Shown piece by piece: positions 26,460-39,713 of a stretch of DNA of 64,000 nucleotides (positions are counted from its first letter, which is position 1; every line of letters begins with the position of its first letter). The notes beneath the pieces were generated by a model. The model was not told the DNA's origin. It saw only the letters and a list, made by a program, of their open reading frames with translations, and made no database searches. This stretch comes from Octopus sinensis (Eukaryota). Position numbers and translations under genes: made by a program. The stretch spans positions 22,196,001-22,260,000 of the forward strand of contig NC_043000.1 of NCBI RefSeq assembly GCF_006345805.1, given 5' to 3'.

Positions 26460-29400
26460 ATCTATGTATGTACACGCACAGCCACAGAATGTGTTTTTGC
26501 AAGTGTATATAATGAGTAAAACACTAGAGCTTGTTGCACAATCAATACTTGTATTGTTTTTGGCTCTAATGTTAATAACATATGTAACACTTGCATCAAT
26601 ACAATTAGACTAGTAATTCTACTTTTTAATTATCTCGTGTCTTTTAGCTCTGCCAGCAGCAATAACAGCAACTTAACATGCATTTTTCCATACTTCTGTG
26701 GGCTGGGAGGATATGCATATTAGCATACTTCTCGATTTTTTTTTTTGCCCTGTTTTTTTTTCTTTTCTTTTTCTTTCTTTAGCATGCATAATCTATACAC
26801 ATCACGTCCTTGTCTTCATTGCAACAACTAATCCTCTTGGACGTAGTTACTTCCTCAGTTCACTTCCATTTTGATTCTAGTCTGTGTTCATATCCAATGA
26901 ATTATAGGTTGTTCCTCCCTTTTTATATTGTAAGAAAAAGTTGTCTTTGTTGATTTGAAATTAACTCTAGCATCTAACAGAGGTTTTGTTATCAATAAAA
27001 TTACTATCCACTTACTGCAACAGACATCGAGCTATTACCTACTCTGCCCCTAGGACATACTAGTATTTCTTAAGGCCTAATCAAACAATCAATGGACTTT
27101 GGTCATTAACCACTTGAACTGATGGTTGTACTAATGCATGAGGTAGATTTTAAAATTGTGTGTAGCATTAATCAAGCTATTCTATATCCATTGAATATAT
27201 TGCATACACAACGTTGAGTCCCTTTCAGTTTTTTATAATGAATCTGAATGTTTTTCTAATTAATGTTTGTAGCATTCTACTAGTTACTTATGCTCTAATT
27301 TTCACTATATTCACCTTGAGTTAGTGTCTGGAACTTAAACCTTCTGTTTCAGCTTCATGTTTTTGGTTGATCTTAGTTGTCTGTGACAAGGTTTTCATTG
27401 CTTTGTGATGACGTTGATATGGAAATACAAAGGAGGCTTATTTCAACTTAGAACTTTTAATTCCATCCTAATATTCCCCACGCCTCATTACCCATTAATA
27501 ACTAGTATGACAAATGTGGTTGCCCCCAACAATTTCTCTTGTATTGTTTATTCCTGGAGGTAAGGCGTTACTCCTGTTTTTCAAATAGTTTTACATTATA
27601 AACATCCTTCCCAGACTACATTCAGGAAAGAGCCACCTGATTGATTGGCTTAAAGTTACTTACTCTAGCCTCTGGCCCACAGGTGTACTGTTACCTCTTT
27701 CTGCATCACTCAGGCACTCCCATCTCACTCACCTCTTTTCCCCATCATCCTTGCTGTGCTCTATGTCCTTTCTGTCCCCTTAAAGTTAACCCTCTGGAAT
27801 TTGCTGCTTGATTATGCTTCTCACAGGTGTTGGCTTAAAGAATTTCAAAAGGACCATTAATGGCATCAATTCCACTATTCTAGGAACTCATGTGCCTTGT
27901 TCCTTCCTCCAGACCCAACAAGACAGAGGCCCCTCCGAATGTTGGACTCGTTTCTGAAAAACTAGTTTCTTTTGTCTAACATTTCCTGCTCCCACAAAAT
28001 TCAGGATTTTTAAACAGGAGGAAAACTTAGATTATTGGATGAAGACTGCTTATTAAATTAGATCTAAAATTTAAAAAAGAAAAGGACTTTTATTACACAT
28101 TTTCCCCTAATTGATTCTTCTTTTGGCATGTTTCTGTTTATTTCAAAAAGCATGGGGCTAAATGAAAAAAATTTTTTAACATTTATTTTCTTCTTGCACA
28201 GAAACCAAATTAAAAATTTTTGTGCGATTTTATTTTTTAAACCTTTTTCATGTTTTTTGTCTCTTTTAAATACATGTATTTTTACTGTTTTATGTTACGT
28301 GTTTTTAAATTACTTCATTGTATGTAATCACCCAATTGTCTTTTTAAATGAATTTTGTTCCATTGTTTTGCATATTTAGAAGCTATTTTTATTTTCAAAT
28401 GATTAATAATTTGCCATTTTCGCATGGCTACTGCTTTTACTTTTCACAAGCTAGCAGCTTAAACTTTGTTTCGAGTTAATATATAATTAAACAGAATACC
28501 TTATATTTTTTGCAACATTGACAACTTCTGAACTTGTGTATGGCAAACAATAACAGTAAATCATTTATTTAACAAAAAACGTCTTTTATGTGAGGATAAA
28601 TGTTTTTACTGTCAAATAGCATGACTCGTCTCGTCACTTATATTGTTGACATTCCATTTAAAATTCATTATACAGAGTCCATTTACAGATTCATAAAACT
28701 TTTTCTTTTCATCCATTTATCTTTTTTAATATTAATTGCCCCACAGGAAGACAATTTAGAATATTTCATGATTAAAAGAAATTTTTCCTTTGTTTAGAAT
28801 ACTTAAAATGTAAAGATTATGTGTTTTGTGCAACTTATAAATCCGGAGGGAACAAATGATGTAATAAGCAAAAGATGAACCAAACACTATTTTTCATGGG
28901 GTACCTTCTCTCTAGTCTGCCCCCCCCCCCAGTAAGGATTTACCTACCTGAAAGCTCTTGTTTAACTTGCTCTCTTGTCCATTTGTATTCATTTTGTACT
29001 TCTTCATCTAAATGTCCATTTTTCTTGGGTGTCGATATTTAATAGGATATAACATTAGAATCCTTTATCAACTTATAAAGTTATTAGAAACAACTCTACT
29101 TATGATAGTTATATATTTTCATTTCAAATTAGTGTGAAGATTATTTTGATTCTAATATAGATTACATTTGTGATTATAGTAATGTAGTCAATATTTCTGT
29201 ACTTGTAGGGTCTTATGTCAATTTACCTGTTATATTAAGCCATACATTGCCATTTAACATTATTAAAATAGTCATACATATATTTGTGATGTTAATTCTT
29301 ATTTAAATAATATGGCTTAATTTATTATTGTAATTGTAGCCTGTGTATTTCAGGTCACCAAGACTATGTTAATCTTTTCACAATATATTCTTTGAACATC

Positions 29401-30038
29401 TCCATTCTTTCTGGTGACCATTAACATCATTGTGTCACTGCCCTCTTTATCATAGCCTTTACTGATTCAGTTGGAAAATTTAAGAGAACATGATTTTATT
29501 TAATTGAATCTGAAAATTCTGAAGTTTAATTTTCTGTAGGGAGTATGCAACCAAATCAGTTCATATTAGCATGTTTTTGATAAGTAATTCCTTTCATTCT
29601 CTCTTTATATATATATTGTATGGTTCACTTGAATAACGTCTTTCTATTACTGATCCAAGAGTTAAGATGTCTAAGGGTTTCTCTAGGAAATATGCTTATT
29701 TCAAAAATTGTTGGCATTCTTTCTGCAAGGGGTAAATTCCCTTCTCTGCTTTCATGCTAAACTTCTCAATTTACCCCCCCCCCCCCGGTCTCTCCACAGG
29801 CATTGTTCTCTTTTATTTTTATCTCACTGTCGAACCTTGTTGTCCCCATGCTTGTTACGTCACAAATATGGATGTAATATGTTTTAGCAATATCAAAATC
29901 TTTATACCAGAAGAATTTATCCAGCTCCTTAGGATTAGATCATGTTTGAACCCCCCCCCATACATTTTCATATCATTTTCAGTTAGAGAAACATTCTTTT
30001 ACCAGTATCATATTCGATTGTGTCTATATTACATTTAA

Positions 30039-30069
<31 letters not shown>

Positions 30070-30087
30070 ATATATACATATATACAT

Positions 30088-30118
<31 letters not shown>

Positions 30119-30456
30119 CACACATATATACATATATATATATATACATATATATATACATACATATACATACATATACATATATATACATACATATATA
30201 TATATATACATATATATACATATATATATATATATACATATAATACATATATATACATATATATACATATATACACATATATATATACATATACATATAT
30301 ATATATATATATATACATATATACATATATATATATATACATACATATACATATATACATACATATACATATATATACATACATATATACATATATATAT
30401 ATAACATATATAATATATATATATAATATATATATATACATATATAATATATATAT

Positions 30457-30554
<98 letters not shown>

Positions 30555-30618
30555 TATATATAATATATATATATATATATACATATATTATATATATATA
30601 TATATACATATACATATA

Positions 30619-30651
<33 letters not shown>

Positions 30652-30736
30652 CATATTATATATATATATATTATACATATATATATATATATATAATATA
30701 TACATATATATTATATATATATATATATACATATAT

Positions 30737-30786
<50 letters not shown>

Positions 30787-30813
30787 TATTATATACATAT
30801 TATATACATATAC

Positions 30814-30846
<33 letters not shown>

Positions 30847-31231
30847 CATCTATATATATACATATATAATATACATATATATATATACATATATATATAT
30901 ACATATATATATATACATATATATATATACATATATATATATACATATATATATATACAATATATATATACATATATATATATACATATATATATACATA
31001 TATTATATAATATATATATACATATATATATATATACATATATATACATATATATATTATATAATATATAATATATACATATATATATATATACATATAT
31101 ATATATACATATATATAATATACATATATATATATATACATTATATATATACATATATATATATATACATATAATATATATACATATATATATATTATAC
31201 ATATATATATATATACATAATATATATATAT

Positions 31232-31262
<31 letters not shown>

Positions 31263-31263
31263 C

Positions 31264-31296
<33 letters not shown>

Positions 31297-31319
31297 CATA
31301 TATTACATATATACATGTG

Positions 31320-31353
<34 letters not shown>

Positions 31354-31432
31354 TATATTATACATATACACACACATATATATATATATACATATACACA
31401 CCATATATATATATATATATATATACACATAT

Positions 31433-31470
<38 letters not shown>

Positions 31471-34354
31471 CACATATATATACACATATATATACACATA
31501 TATATATATATACACATATACACATATATATACATATGCACACATACATACGTCCTGTTCATGATTATTATTTTTTTCTTTAGTAAACCTTTCTTGTAGA
31601 AATTTCATTTGAGTCTTTCTTGGAAGAAAGTATCATTTGTGTTTCTGTCAAGGATTATATCAGAATAACATTTGAGATGCATTGTTAATAATAAAAAAAA
31701 AAAATGAACTTGTTCTGTAGATACACTTCTGTTTCATTATGGTAGTTAATGCAAGAAGCCTAGATGTAGAGCCATTATTACTAGTCAATTTATATATACT
31801 GACATACATACCATACAACCATTTAAACCCATTTTTGAAGTGAGCATGTGTGTCCTTTTTGTATGCTTATTAGCAGTGTCTATCTTTAATGTCCCCTTCA
31901 TTTTCATAAGAAAACATTGTAAATTATGTGGATATGTTGCTTGGAAAACAAAACCTTGGCTAGACTAATATTTCATTGCTATGTCCATCCTTTGAAGTTT
32001 TCATATTTGTACCATGTGATGAAGGTATATTAAAAAGACAAAAAAAAGAAAACTGATTTGTTGTGGTATTAGTTGAGATGAAATGATATTCCAAGTTACT
32101 AATATTCAGGTACTAATGTGATTGTGTGCATGAATAGTAAAATATTGATGACTGAAATAATACTATTTGCTTATTTACACCTTCCCTCCTTCCATATTAG
32201 TTTGGTACACCTTGAAAACAAATGTAACCAAGTGTATTTAGTAGCTAGCTCTAGGAATCAGTAATTCCAAAACCATGTGTGTAGATATTATTACATCTTG
32301 CAGCTTTTCTAAGTGGTTCTAAAAATATCATACCTGGATAACTGTTGCTACGGCCAAGGAAAGCAAACATGCCACCAAAAGTCATAGTTATGTTAGCTAT
32401 TTCTCTATTAGATAAAGAATAAATAAATTGGATGGGTGGAAATAATGTTCTTTTCATCAAGAATATAAAAAATTTACATGTCTATTAGAAATTTATTCGT
32501 ATTACAGTTAAAGGTAATATTTGAGGAAACTATTATTAAGAAGAGCAGATTTTCACAGAATATTTTTTATTGTGATATATTTTTTAGAGTTAGCTAGCTT
32601 CTGCTCAACTTTTATTTTTTCTTTGTAAAATTGGTATTTTTTTTTTTTACACTTTAGTTCTTGTGATTTTTGTAGAAAACCATTTCATATTTATATCTAT
32701 TTATAATAAAATAGAAATCTTTTAAGATGTGTAAATTTTAACATATCATCTCAGAGTGTTTAAAGAATACTGTCAAGCTATTTACACCAATTGCTATTTC
32801 AGGGAAATTTTATTAACAGCCTGCTTTCATCATTTTGGTAGTGTCACACTAATTTAAAATAGCTTGGATGTTTTTAATGATTGATGTAACTGACCTATTA
32901 CAGCTTTGCAGAATGGGCAACATCACCAAGTTTAGATACAATAACCTTTTACCAATCCCCTCTATGTGACGTGTGCCTCCCTCTTTCTTCCTTACAGCAC
33001 TATTTAAGAGACAAAGGGATCCAACATCTTCAGCTCTTTGATCTCATTGAAAAGATGCTTGAGTATGAGCCTCATTACAGGATAACTCTTGCAGAAACAC
33101 TTGCTCACCCTTTCTTCAAACCCTTATTAAAAGAGCAACCACATCTAGAGCACAAGCCATCCGTGCCGAAGGAACCAAGGATCGTGGACCGGCGCAAAAG
33201 TTACCAGGGCAGTGAGTTATCATCTGAAAACCATGGTGACCGTGACTGTGTGAAAACAAAGAGTGAGGGTCCAGGCAAATCTGATGTCAGCTACAGCTAC
33301 TTGCCAGGTGATCATCTCCAACATTAATAGTTGCATGGGACTTTAAACTTGAGCATGTTATTCTCCCATTTTCACCCAACCCACCACTTGTATTCACTTC
33401 ACTTCACTTCACATTCATGGTAATGACAGCAGCTATCTCTACCACCAGTATCACTATTACCTCTAATTATCTCTACTAACAGTGAAAAATAATCTGTTGG
33501 AGGGGCGGGGTGTAGGTTATCATTTCAAGTTGTTTGTGTTGCTACTATATTTATTGTCTTTTTTTTTTCTGTAACAATTCAGAATGCAGATAATAATAAT
33601 AATAATAATAATAATATTTACTTCAGTTTTACATTGGATATCTTAACTTTTAATCAAATTTATGTATCACTAAATGATTAGAGCTATTGGCCCTAAGAGA
33701 TTGCCTGGGGTTTGAGTTTGGAACTATTGGCAGAGTATTTGAGGGTACAGACTTCTTACTGCTTATAGCAGTAAGTTGTATCGCTCCGTGGTGTCTATAT
33801 ACAGCTCAGTGACATGGACTGGCCGGAGTTGAGCATCACTTTGTAAATAGATAACTGTCGACAAACTGTGACTCCTTTAACCCCCTCATATTGATCTGAT
33901 GGTCAGTTGCTTGACTTGTCATTAACAGAGGATCAGCCATTTTGACTCGAACCCAGAAAATCAGGTATCTCTTAATGACAATCAGGTGGATGAAGCAAAG
34001 AAAGTTCCATGCTTGGCAATGACCTGAATTTGAAGTTATGACTTACGAGCTTGCAATAGTGCATTACTTAATTCACTCAACCATTTTTTTCCTTCATCTT
34101 TGCATACATCCACACGCTTCGCTTTCACTCATTTCTACACCAAATTAGATACATATGTAGCTCACCTAATTATCACACACTTAAAGATACTCATTTAGAT
34201 TTCTCTTTCTTAATATTGAAGTATCTCTATTCGCACAGGTATTCAAATTAAAATGGTAAAATGGAGTCAAAACTATTAAACTATTCCATCCATTGTATTA
34301 CAGTCAGTTGTTGCAAACTGAATTAAAAGCATAATTCCAGTTTAATATTTACAT

Positions 34355-34396
<42 letters not shown>

Positions 34397-37046
34397 TTTT
34401 TTTATTAGTTTGACGAAAGTTATGCTAATCAACCTAAAATATTCTTGTTCTAAACTTAATTTGTAAAAATATTTTCTCGTACATTATCAACAGTTGGAAG
34501 ATTGTGATTTTGATTCTTATTACAATTTCATTGGCAACCAATCTACCTAAAGTCTGTATTGAGCCATGGCATTCAATAATTTTTAAATGAGAGGTCTCAA
34601 AACATAAGTTCTAGCAATTGGCTGATGCTTGCAAGAATGGAAATCATAATCTCACTGTTAATGATTTTGTGCCTTCTTTAAAACTTTGGCACCAATAATT
34701 CTCTCAGGGTGACCAAGACTATTTTCCACATACCAACTTTATTATATATAAACTGTGTGATGTTTTCTATAATCAGTTTTTATGTAATTTTACTGTCGTC
34801 GTTGTCTCGTGTTTTGCTTTCATAATTGCCTTGCATTGCTGAAATACAATATGAGTTGCTTGTACATTAAGATGGCCAATATGTTGTTGATCATCTGAGT
34901 AGTGCATTATGAAGTATATAACTTTCACAAGACTACAACTGTGAAAAGGATAAATTCAAATTCATTGATTTCCCCACCATGGCCAAGACTTGTTCAAGCA
35001 TCAAGTCTTGATTGGATTATTTGCCTAGTGGTGTACAAAAACAAGAATTTTGTTTTGACAGAGAACACAGAACATCTGCTGTCATAAACTAGTAAAAAGT
35101 ACTGTACAAGTACAGTGAGCAATATGGCTTATTCCTATTAAATCATTCTCATATAATAGCCAATTTGAAAATCAAGTGATTTTCAGATTAACTAGTCACT
35201 GGTTCATCACATTTTTGAGGGCATGAGTGACATGGGAGTGTCTTTAACTCACTGCTGAACCAAAGACTTTAATAAGTACTGCTTCTTGGGATTTTGCTGT
35301 TACATACACATTGGTGAAAGGTATACATGTGTGTGTACAATGCACGAAACTCTTGGCCCTTAAGTCATTCTGTTACTTCTGCTAAGTATTAATTTTACAC
35401 ACACACACTTACAGCAGTTTCTGTTTAACAAATTCCATTTGCAGTGTGTTAGCCAGCTCATGGCAATGATAAAAGACTTACTTGCCCATGAAGACAGGCA
35501 GTGGAGTTGAACCTGGAACTGTATGGTTGCGATATAAACTCCTTATCCACACAACTGTTACTGTTGTGTTTATTTATTGGTCGATAGTGGTAGGAATAGT
35601 ATTTATGCTACAAAAGCAGCTGCCCTAACCTATGGAAACTTTACACGTTTACTGAATCATCCTCTTTGAGAGAAAAACAAACAGCAAATACCATCTAGAG
35701 TAGTTTCCTAATGCAACTTCAAGTGATTTTGACAGTTAAGACATCTGTTGTATTGTAGAATTAGATATCTTAAGTTATATTAGGGGTGGGTGAGAGTTTG
35801 AAATGCTTGACAAATGTCAAGATTTACCTTTGATTTTATTATGAATAGAATCATATAGAAATTGCCATCTTTGTAAAATGACATATGAAGACTAGGATGT
35901 AATCAACATCTTACATATGAATGTTTAAATGATTCTTGTCCAGATCATAAGAAATAACTTCAGGATTAAGCCAGATGTCACCATTGTTTTAACATTAACT
36001 TTTCCATGTTCATATGTGCTGGACAGAATTTGTTAAACTTTCAGTAGTTAAACTGGTCATATCCAACCCAAATGTTCTATTTGTTTTATAACCAAATCCA
36101 GCCTCTTACATTTACTCTAAGATGTTCTTAAAATAATTACATCATTGAAATCTCAAAGCTATGAGATAATACATGATTAATTCAGAACAATGTGAATATA
36201 TGTAAGCAATACATTTCACAGAGTAATCAGAATGCTAAAGGCAGATTTTACTTTGGTTGGATTCCTTTCCTGTCACCAACCTATGCATTTTTGTGCAAGG
36301 TTGGAAAGAAATGACACCAATTACATAGTTTCCATCTACCAAATACTTTTGCAAGGCTTTGGTTGACCTGGAGCTATAGTAGAAAGCTCTTGGCCAAGGT
36401 GCCATGCATTGGTATTGAACTTGAAACCATGTGGTTGGGAAGCAAACTTGTTGCCATCCAACCTTGATTACATAAAAACTTTTTTTTTTCACTTCGAACA
36501 TTATATACTGTAATAGTCAATCAACTATGTTGTTTAGGAACATTATTTATTCAATATGCCATATTTCTTATCAGTTTATCTCAGACTAGTTGCTGTGAAT
36601 ACACTAGTACTTTGCAGGTAGCCATTGTAATTTTATTTGCAATTGCAAATTTTCATAGCTAAATATGCATGCCAAATTAGACAGAAGAATTTCTCATTTA
36701 AAATATTATGAATAAATTTTGTATAATTTTTCTGTTTTGTTTTCCAAGGAAAGCAAGCAAAGTTCTCGACATCGAGATGTTCAGCGATAGCTTTCCTTAT
36801 TTATGTGTATTAGATTATTTGTATTATTTATTTAAAATTTTTTTCTTTTTTTGTTTAAGGTTTTATTTTATATTTTTCATGAATTATGAATAATGTGTGA
36901 TGTCTTCAGCACAAATTATTTATTTCTAATTTTAATGTTTCAATCTGAGTAAAGAAAACAAAAAAAAAAAAATCTTTAAAAATATATTTATTACACTAAG
37001 CACTGAATAATATATGATATTTGAATTGTCATTTTCCCTCTCTCAT

Positions 37047-37101
<55 letters not shown>

Positions 37102-39713
37102 AAAAGTATCGATTATTCAAATATCCTATATTACCAGTTGCTAAATCTTGGTAGATCCTAATTCACTCTATCATTTTCGAGGCAGTGCTCCAACATGGCC
37201 TTACTCAGATGACTAAGACAAGTAAAATATAAGAAATAAATAATTTTTGCTGATGCTAGCCACAACTATTTTCCTCACATTCTGTTTATTCTTAATTGAT
37301 TAAACTCTGGTTTTTCAAGCATTCTAACTTTTTAAAAAATGAGGAAAGTTCATGAAAACAGAGGTTTTGTGTAAAGCATTTCTTATTCATTTTTGTTCAA
37401 AGAAGTGTTTTTTGTTCATTTTTATTCAAAACAACTTACTTTTTCTTTATCTTTTTACCCCATCATTTTGTTCTTAAACTCTTATTAAAACAGCACTAAA
37501 CATTGTTTTTGGAGTTGAAGGAGATTATAGCTGCTGGGTACTGTTCTTTTTAGCATTTAGATGCACAGTTTAATCAAGGGAAAAAAAACCCCAGTAAAAT
37601 TAAATTTAATTTTATGTGACTGATTGAGTAAACAAAACGTCATTATTTTCTATTTAAACAGTTTAATACAGCAAGTACATAGTTGGGATAACTGAATCCT
37701 CATACAAATTTGGATTCCTCATTAATAATACTTCAGTAAACGCATCATTGTAACGACTTAATTTACTCCATAGATTTGACTGAATTAAAAAAAAAACAAA
37801 AATTGATTCCAGCCTTTGCAAGTGTGTGTTTGTGTGTAAAAAAAATAAGTATTTGTTCTTCTGTTGGTTTGTACAGTTTAGATTAGTAGATCATGGTAAT
37901 CCACTCACTCTTCCTGGTCCATCCCTGATGAGTGACATGTTTCCAGTAGATCTGGATTTATGAATGTCTATCATTCTTTAAAGAGGGGAAAAGATTCAAG
38001 TTGTTAGAGAAGGTGATTATGTATGGTTATCTCCATCACCTTTGAGGTAATGAGTGTGGTAGGACAGTAGCTGTGTGGGTTAGAAAAGGTCCCTTTGGAA
38101 TGGGGACATGTGTGCTGAGTTGTATGAAAGTAAGGGACATTGTTAGGATGGCTGAATATAGGTTGAGAGATTTGTGTCAGTGAGTAATAGGATGTATGGA
38201 TCAGTCGACAGATGTTAGAAAAAAGGAAGAAGGATTGTCCTGTGAGTTAGAAAAGAGGAAGAAGGATTGTCCTGTGAGTTGAGGTTGGTCTTTTACTTAT
38301 AGGAAGGTTTAGAGGGTGCCAGTGACATAAGGTGATAATAACTGCTACTGAAAGCATGGCTTGGTCTAAATATTTGCAATGAATCAAAGTCTGCTCCAGG
38401 CCCCCATGAGTCAGGTAGTGGCATTCGATTAATTACCACCCAAAGAAAGAAGAGAGCGCTCTGTGGCATGCACAGGAACTACATTAGATTAATTTCATCT
38501 TAGTCATATGAACACCTGTATTAGTTACCGATAAAATATACCATTGCTTTACAATTATATATAGTAGAATAATGGTGAACATATACAATCTCATAAATAC
38601 TAAACTGTAAGAAAAAAGAAAATAAACAAAACAGTGGTCAGAGGATCACTGAAACTGCAGATATTCAGCTTCAAACTTTGGTGAACCATTTAGACAATTC
38701 ACTGGTTTTTTGTGCCTGCATCTGTCTCAGTTTTGCCTTTTGGGTGGATTTGGTAGATGGAAACTGAAAGAAGCCCATCACATACCTCTGTGTATGTGTC
38801 TGTGTTTGCCCCCTCTTCACCGCTTGTGTTTTTGTGTTTACATTCCTGTAACTTAGCAGTTCAGCATAAGAGACTGATAAAATAAGTACCAGGCTTTAAA
38901 AAAAGAATAAGCACTGGGGTTGATTCATTTGACTATAAACCCTTCAAGTTGGTGCTCCAGCATGGCCACAGTCTAATGACTGAAACAGTAAAAGATAAAA
39001 GATGTGTTTGTTTATTGTTTAGGAAGGAACCTTTTACATGGGTTTTATAGGAGTACAAGATTTAAGAGTTCAAATAATTTTCTTTCATTTTTTTCTTTTT
39101 TATTTCTCTGTCTTTTTCTTTGTTTCTTCCATAATGTTTATCAAATCAAATCCAGAACTGATGATTTAATTTTTTTTTTTCTCTTCTTCACTATTAATGG
39201 TTCTGACCTCAATGGCTTGACTTCTCTGAAGATATATTTCATGTTAATTTCTTTTCTCTTTTCTTTCTTAATGATGGAAAAAAAAAACTCTTATTCAGTA
39301 AAACGTATTCTTTAAAATATCAAGCATGATAAATAAATGCAAGTTCCCTTTATATTTTGGTATCCTACAATTTGCATATAAATTTAATCTGTTTGGACAA
39401 CAGTTTTTCTTTTCTTGTAGTCTCTATTTCATCCTTCAAAATATTGAAAATCAATAATAATATTTTCAGAAAATTGCTTGTATGGTCATATGTTTATTTA
39501 CTTACATTGATGTCTATTTTTCGTTTTTTAATACAGCGGTACATAATGGAGCCCAACAATGAGGACCACGTGCTTCTGTTTGATTTGATTTGGAAGATGC
39601 TACGATATGATCCCCTGGCGCGAATAACACTAAAAGAAGCTTTGAAGGATCCATTTTTTAAAAAGTCCTGCTATTTGGGTGGACGTGCTAGGTCACATAG
39701 TTTAAGTAGATAA
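5588..39713 (+). CDS. CLK2: LAMMER dual-specificity kinase, CLK2-like / Doa ortholog (5'-partial, multi-exon gene span)
   Basis: Exons join in frame through GT-AG sites to give [69 protein letters not shown]. The LAMMER motif is diagnostic. The exact paralog name is by similarity from memory. Confidence 0.95.
7946..8012 (+). CDS. CLK2: CLK exon, Gly-rich loop ([23 protein letters not shown])
   Basis: ttcag| acceptor, AG|GTAGGT donor, 67 nt, phase 1 to 2. Confidence 0.95.
14934..14972 (+). CDS. CLK2: Putative 39-nt cassette exon encoding [14 protein letters not shown]
   Basis: U-rich tract ending tttttgcaag|, donor CC|GTAAGT. Length 3n, phase 2/2 compatible, no stop, CpG-rich in a CpG-poor intron. 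Confidence 0.6.
17585..17701 (+). CDS. CLK2: CLK exon, catalytic Lys and helix C ([39 protein letters not shown])
   Basis: ttttcag| acceptor, TA|GTTAGT donor, 117 nt, phase 2/2. Confidence 0.95.
18766..18856 (+). CDS. CLK2: CLK exon ([30 protein letters not shown])
   Basis: ttcag| acceptor, TTG|GTAAGT donor, 91 nt. Confidence 0.95.
19032..19107 (+). CDS. CLK2: CLK exon ([25 protein letters not shown])
   Basis: ctgcag| acceptor, T|GTAAGT donor, 76 nt. Confidence 0.95.
20024..20118 (+). CDS. CLK2: CLK exon, catalytic loop ([32 protein letters not shown])
   Basis: poly-T tag| acceptor, AAG|GTAATA donor, 95 nt. Confidence 0.95.
20154..20768 (-). mobile_element. 5'-truncated CR1-clade LINE (3' end of ORF2, 3'UTR and (ATT)n tail)
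   Basis: Minus-strand ORF 20224-20736 contains [48 protein letters not shown], typical of the CR1 ORF2 C-terminus. (AAT)n at 20148-20174. Candidate TSD TATAATAAT at 20145-20153 and 20769-20777. Confidence 0.85.
20871..21000 (+). CDS. CLK2: CLK exon, DFG and activation segment ([43 protein letters not shown])
   Basis: ttctag| acceptor, G|GTAAGT donor, 130 nt. Confidence 0.97.
22708..22790 (+). CDS. CLK2: CLK exon ([28 protein letters not shown])
   Basis: ttttag| acceptor, CAG|GTAAAT donor, 83 nt. Confidence 0.97.
23232..23311 (+). CDS. CLK2: CLK exon with LAMMER motif ([27 protein letters not shown])
   Basis: ttag| acceptor, CG|GTAAGC donor, 80 nt, ends in phase 2. Confidence 0.97.
24606..24693 (+). 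CDS. CLK2: Mutually exclusive exon A ([29 protein letters not shown])
   Basis: ttttaag| acceptor, TAT|GTAAGT donor, 88 nt, phase 2 to 0; homologous to exon B. Confidence 0.9.
25710..25800 (+). CDS. CLK2: Mutually exclusive exon B ([30 protein letters not shown])
   Basis: CCCTAAC branch-point consensus at 25676-25682, ccaaag| acceptor, AAG|GTGAGT donor, 91 nt, phase 2 to 0. Confidence 0.9.
26221..26388 (-). repeat. Short interspersed repeat, same family as 56485-56640, hammerhead segment deleted
   Basis: Reverse complement shares ttcctttctg...cgtaaaagactttctcac and ttgttcatacac with the 56.5-kb copy; flanked by (TA)n. Confidence 0.55.
30038..31550. repeat. About 1.5-kb compound (TA)n/(TACA)n microsatellite array
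   Basis: Directly visible; source of the spurious Ile/Tyr ORFs. Confidence 0.98.
32998..33327 (+). CDS. CLK2: Alternative last exon 1 ([40 protein letters not shown] plus a long tail, stop)
   Basis: Pyrimidine tract and ttacag| acceptor, phase 0, kinase subdomain XI, TAA at 33325-33327. Confidence 0.9.
   Translation, partial: HYLRDKGIQHLQLFDLIEKMLEYEPHYRITLAETLAHPFFKPLLKEQPHLEHKPSVPKEPRIVDRRKSYQGSELSSENHGDRDCVKTKSEGPGKSDVSYSYLPGDHLQH
38030..38480 (-). mobile_element. Decayed Penelope-like (Neptune-type) linker fragment
   Basis: Minus-strand remnants [10 protein letters not shown] and KGTF resemble the YHPxNL and GTFPC linker motifs; many lesions. Confidence 0.4.
39537..39713 (+). CDS. CLK2: Alternative last exon 2 ([58 protein letters not shown])
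   Basis: tttttaatacag| acceptor, phase 0; ends in RSHSLSR like Drosophila Doa. Confidence 0.9.
   Translation, partial: RYIMEPNNEDHVLLFDLIWKMLRYDPLARITLKEALKDPFFKKSCYLGGRARSHSLSR

Noticed and set aside
29983-31599. Long Ile/Tyr/Cys/Met-rich ORFs (up to 257 aa) on both strands
   Set aside because: Translations of the (TA)n/(TACA)n array; no coding signal. The same applies to 41667-41963 and 56235-56666.
33700-34070. GC-richer block after last exon 1 as an extra coding exon
   Set aside because: Stops occur in all frames within short distances and there are no kinase motifs; more likely UTR or old repeat
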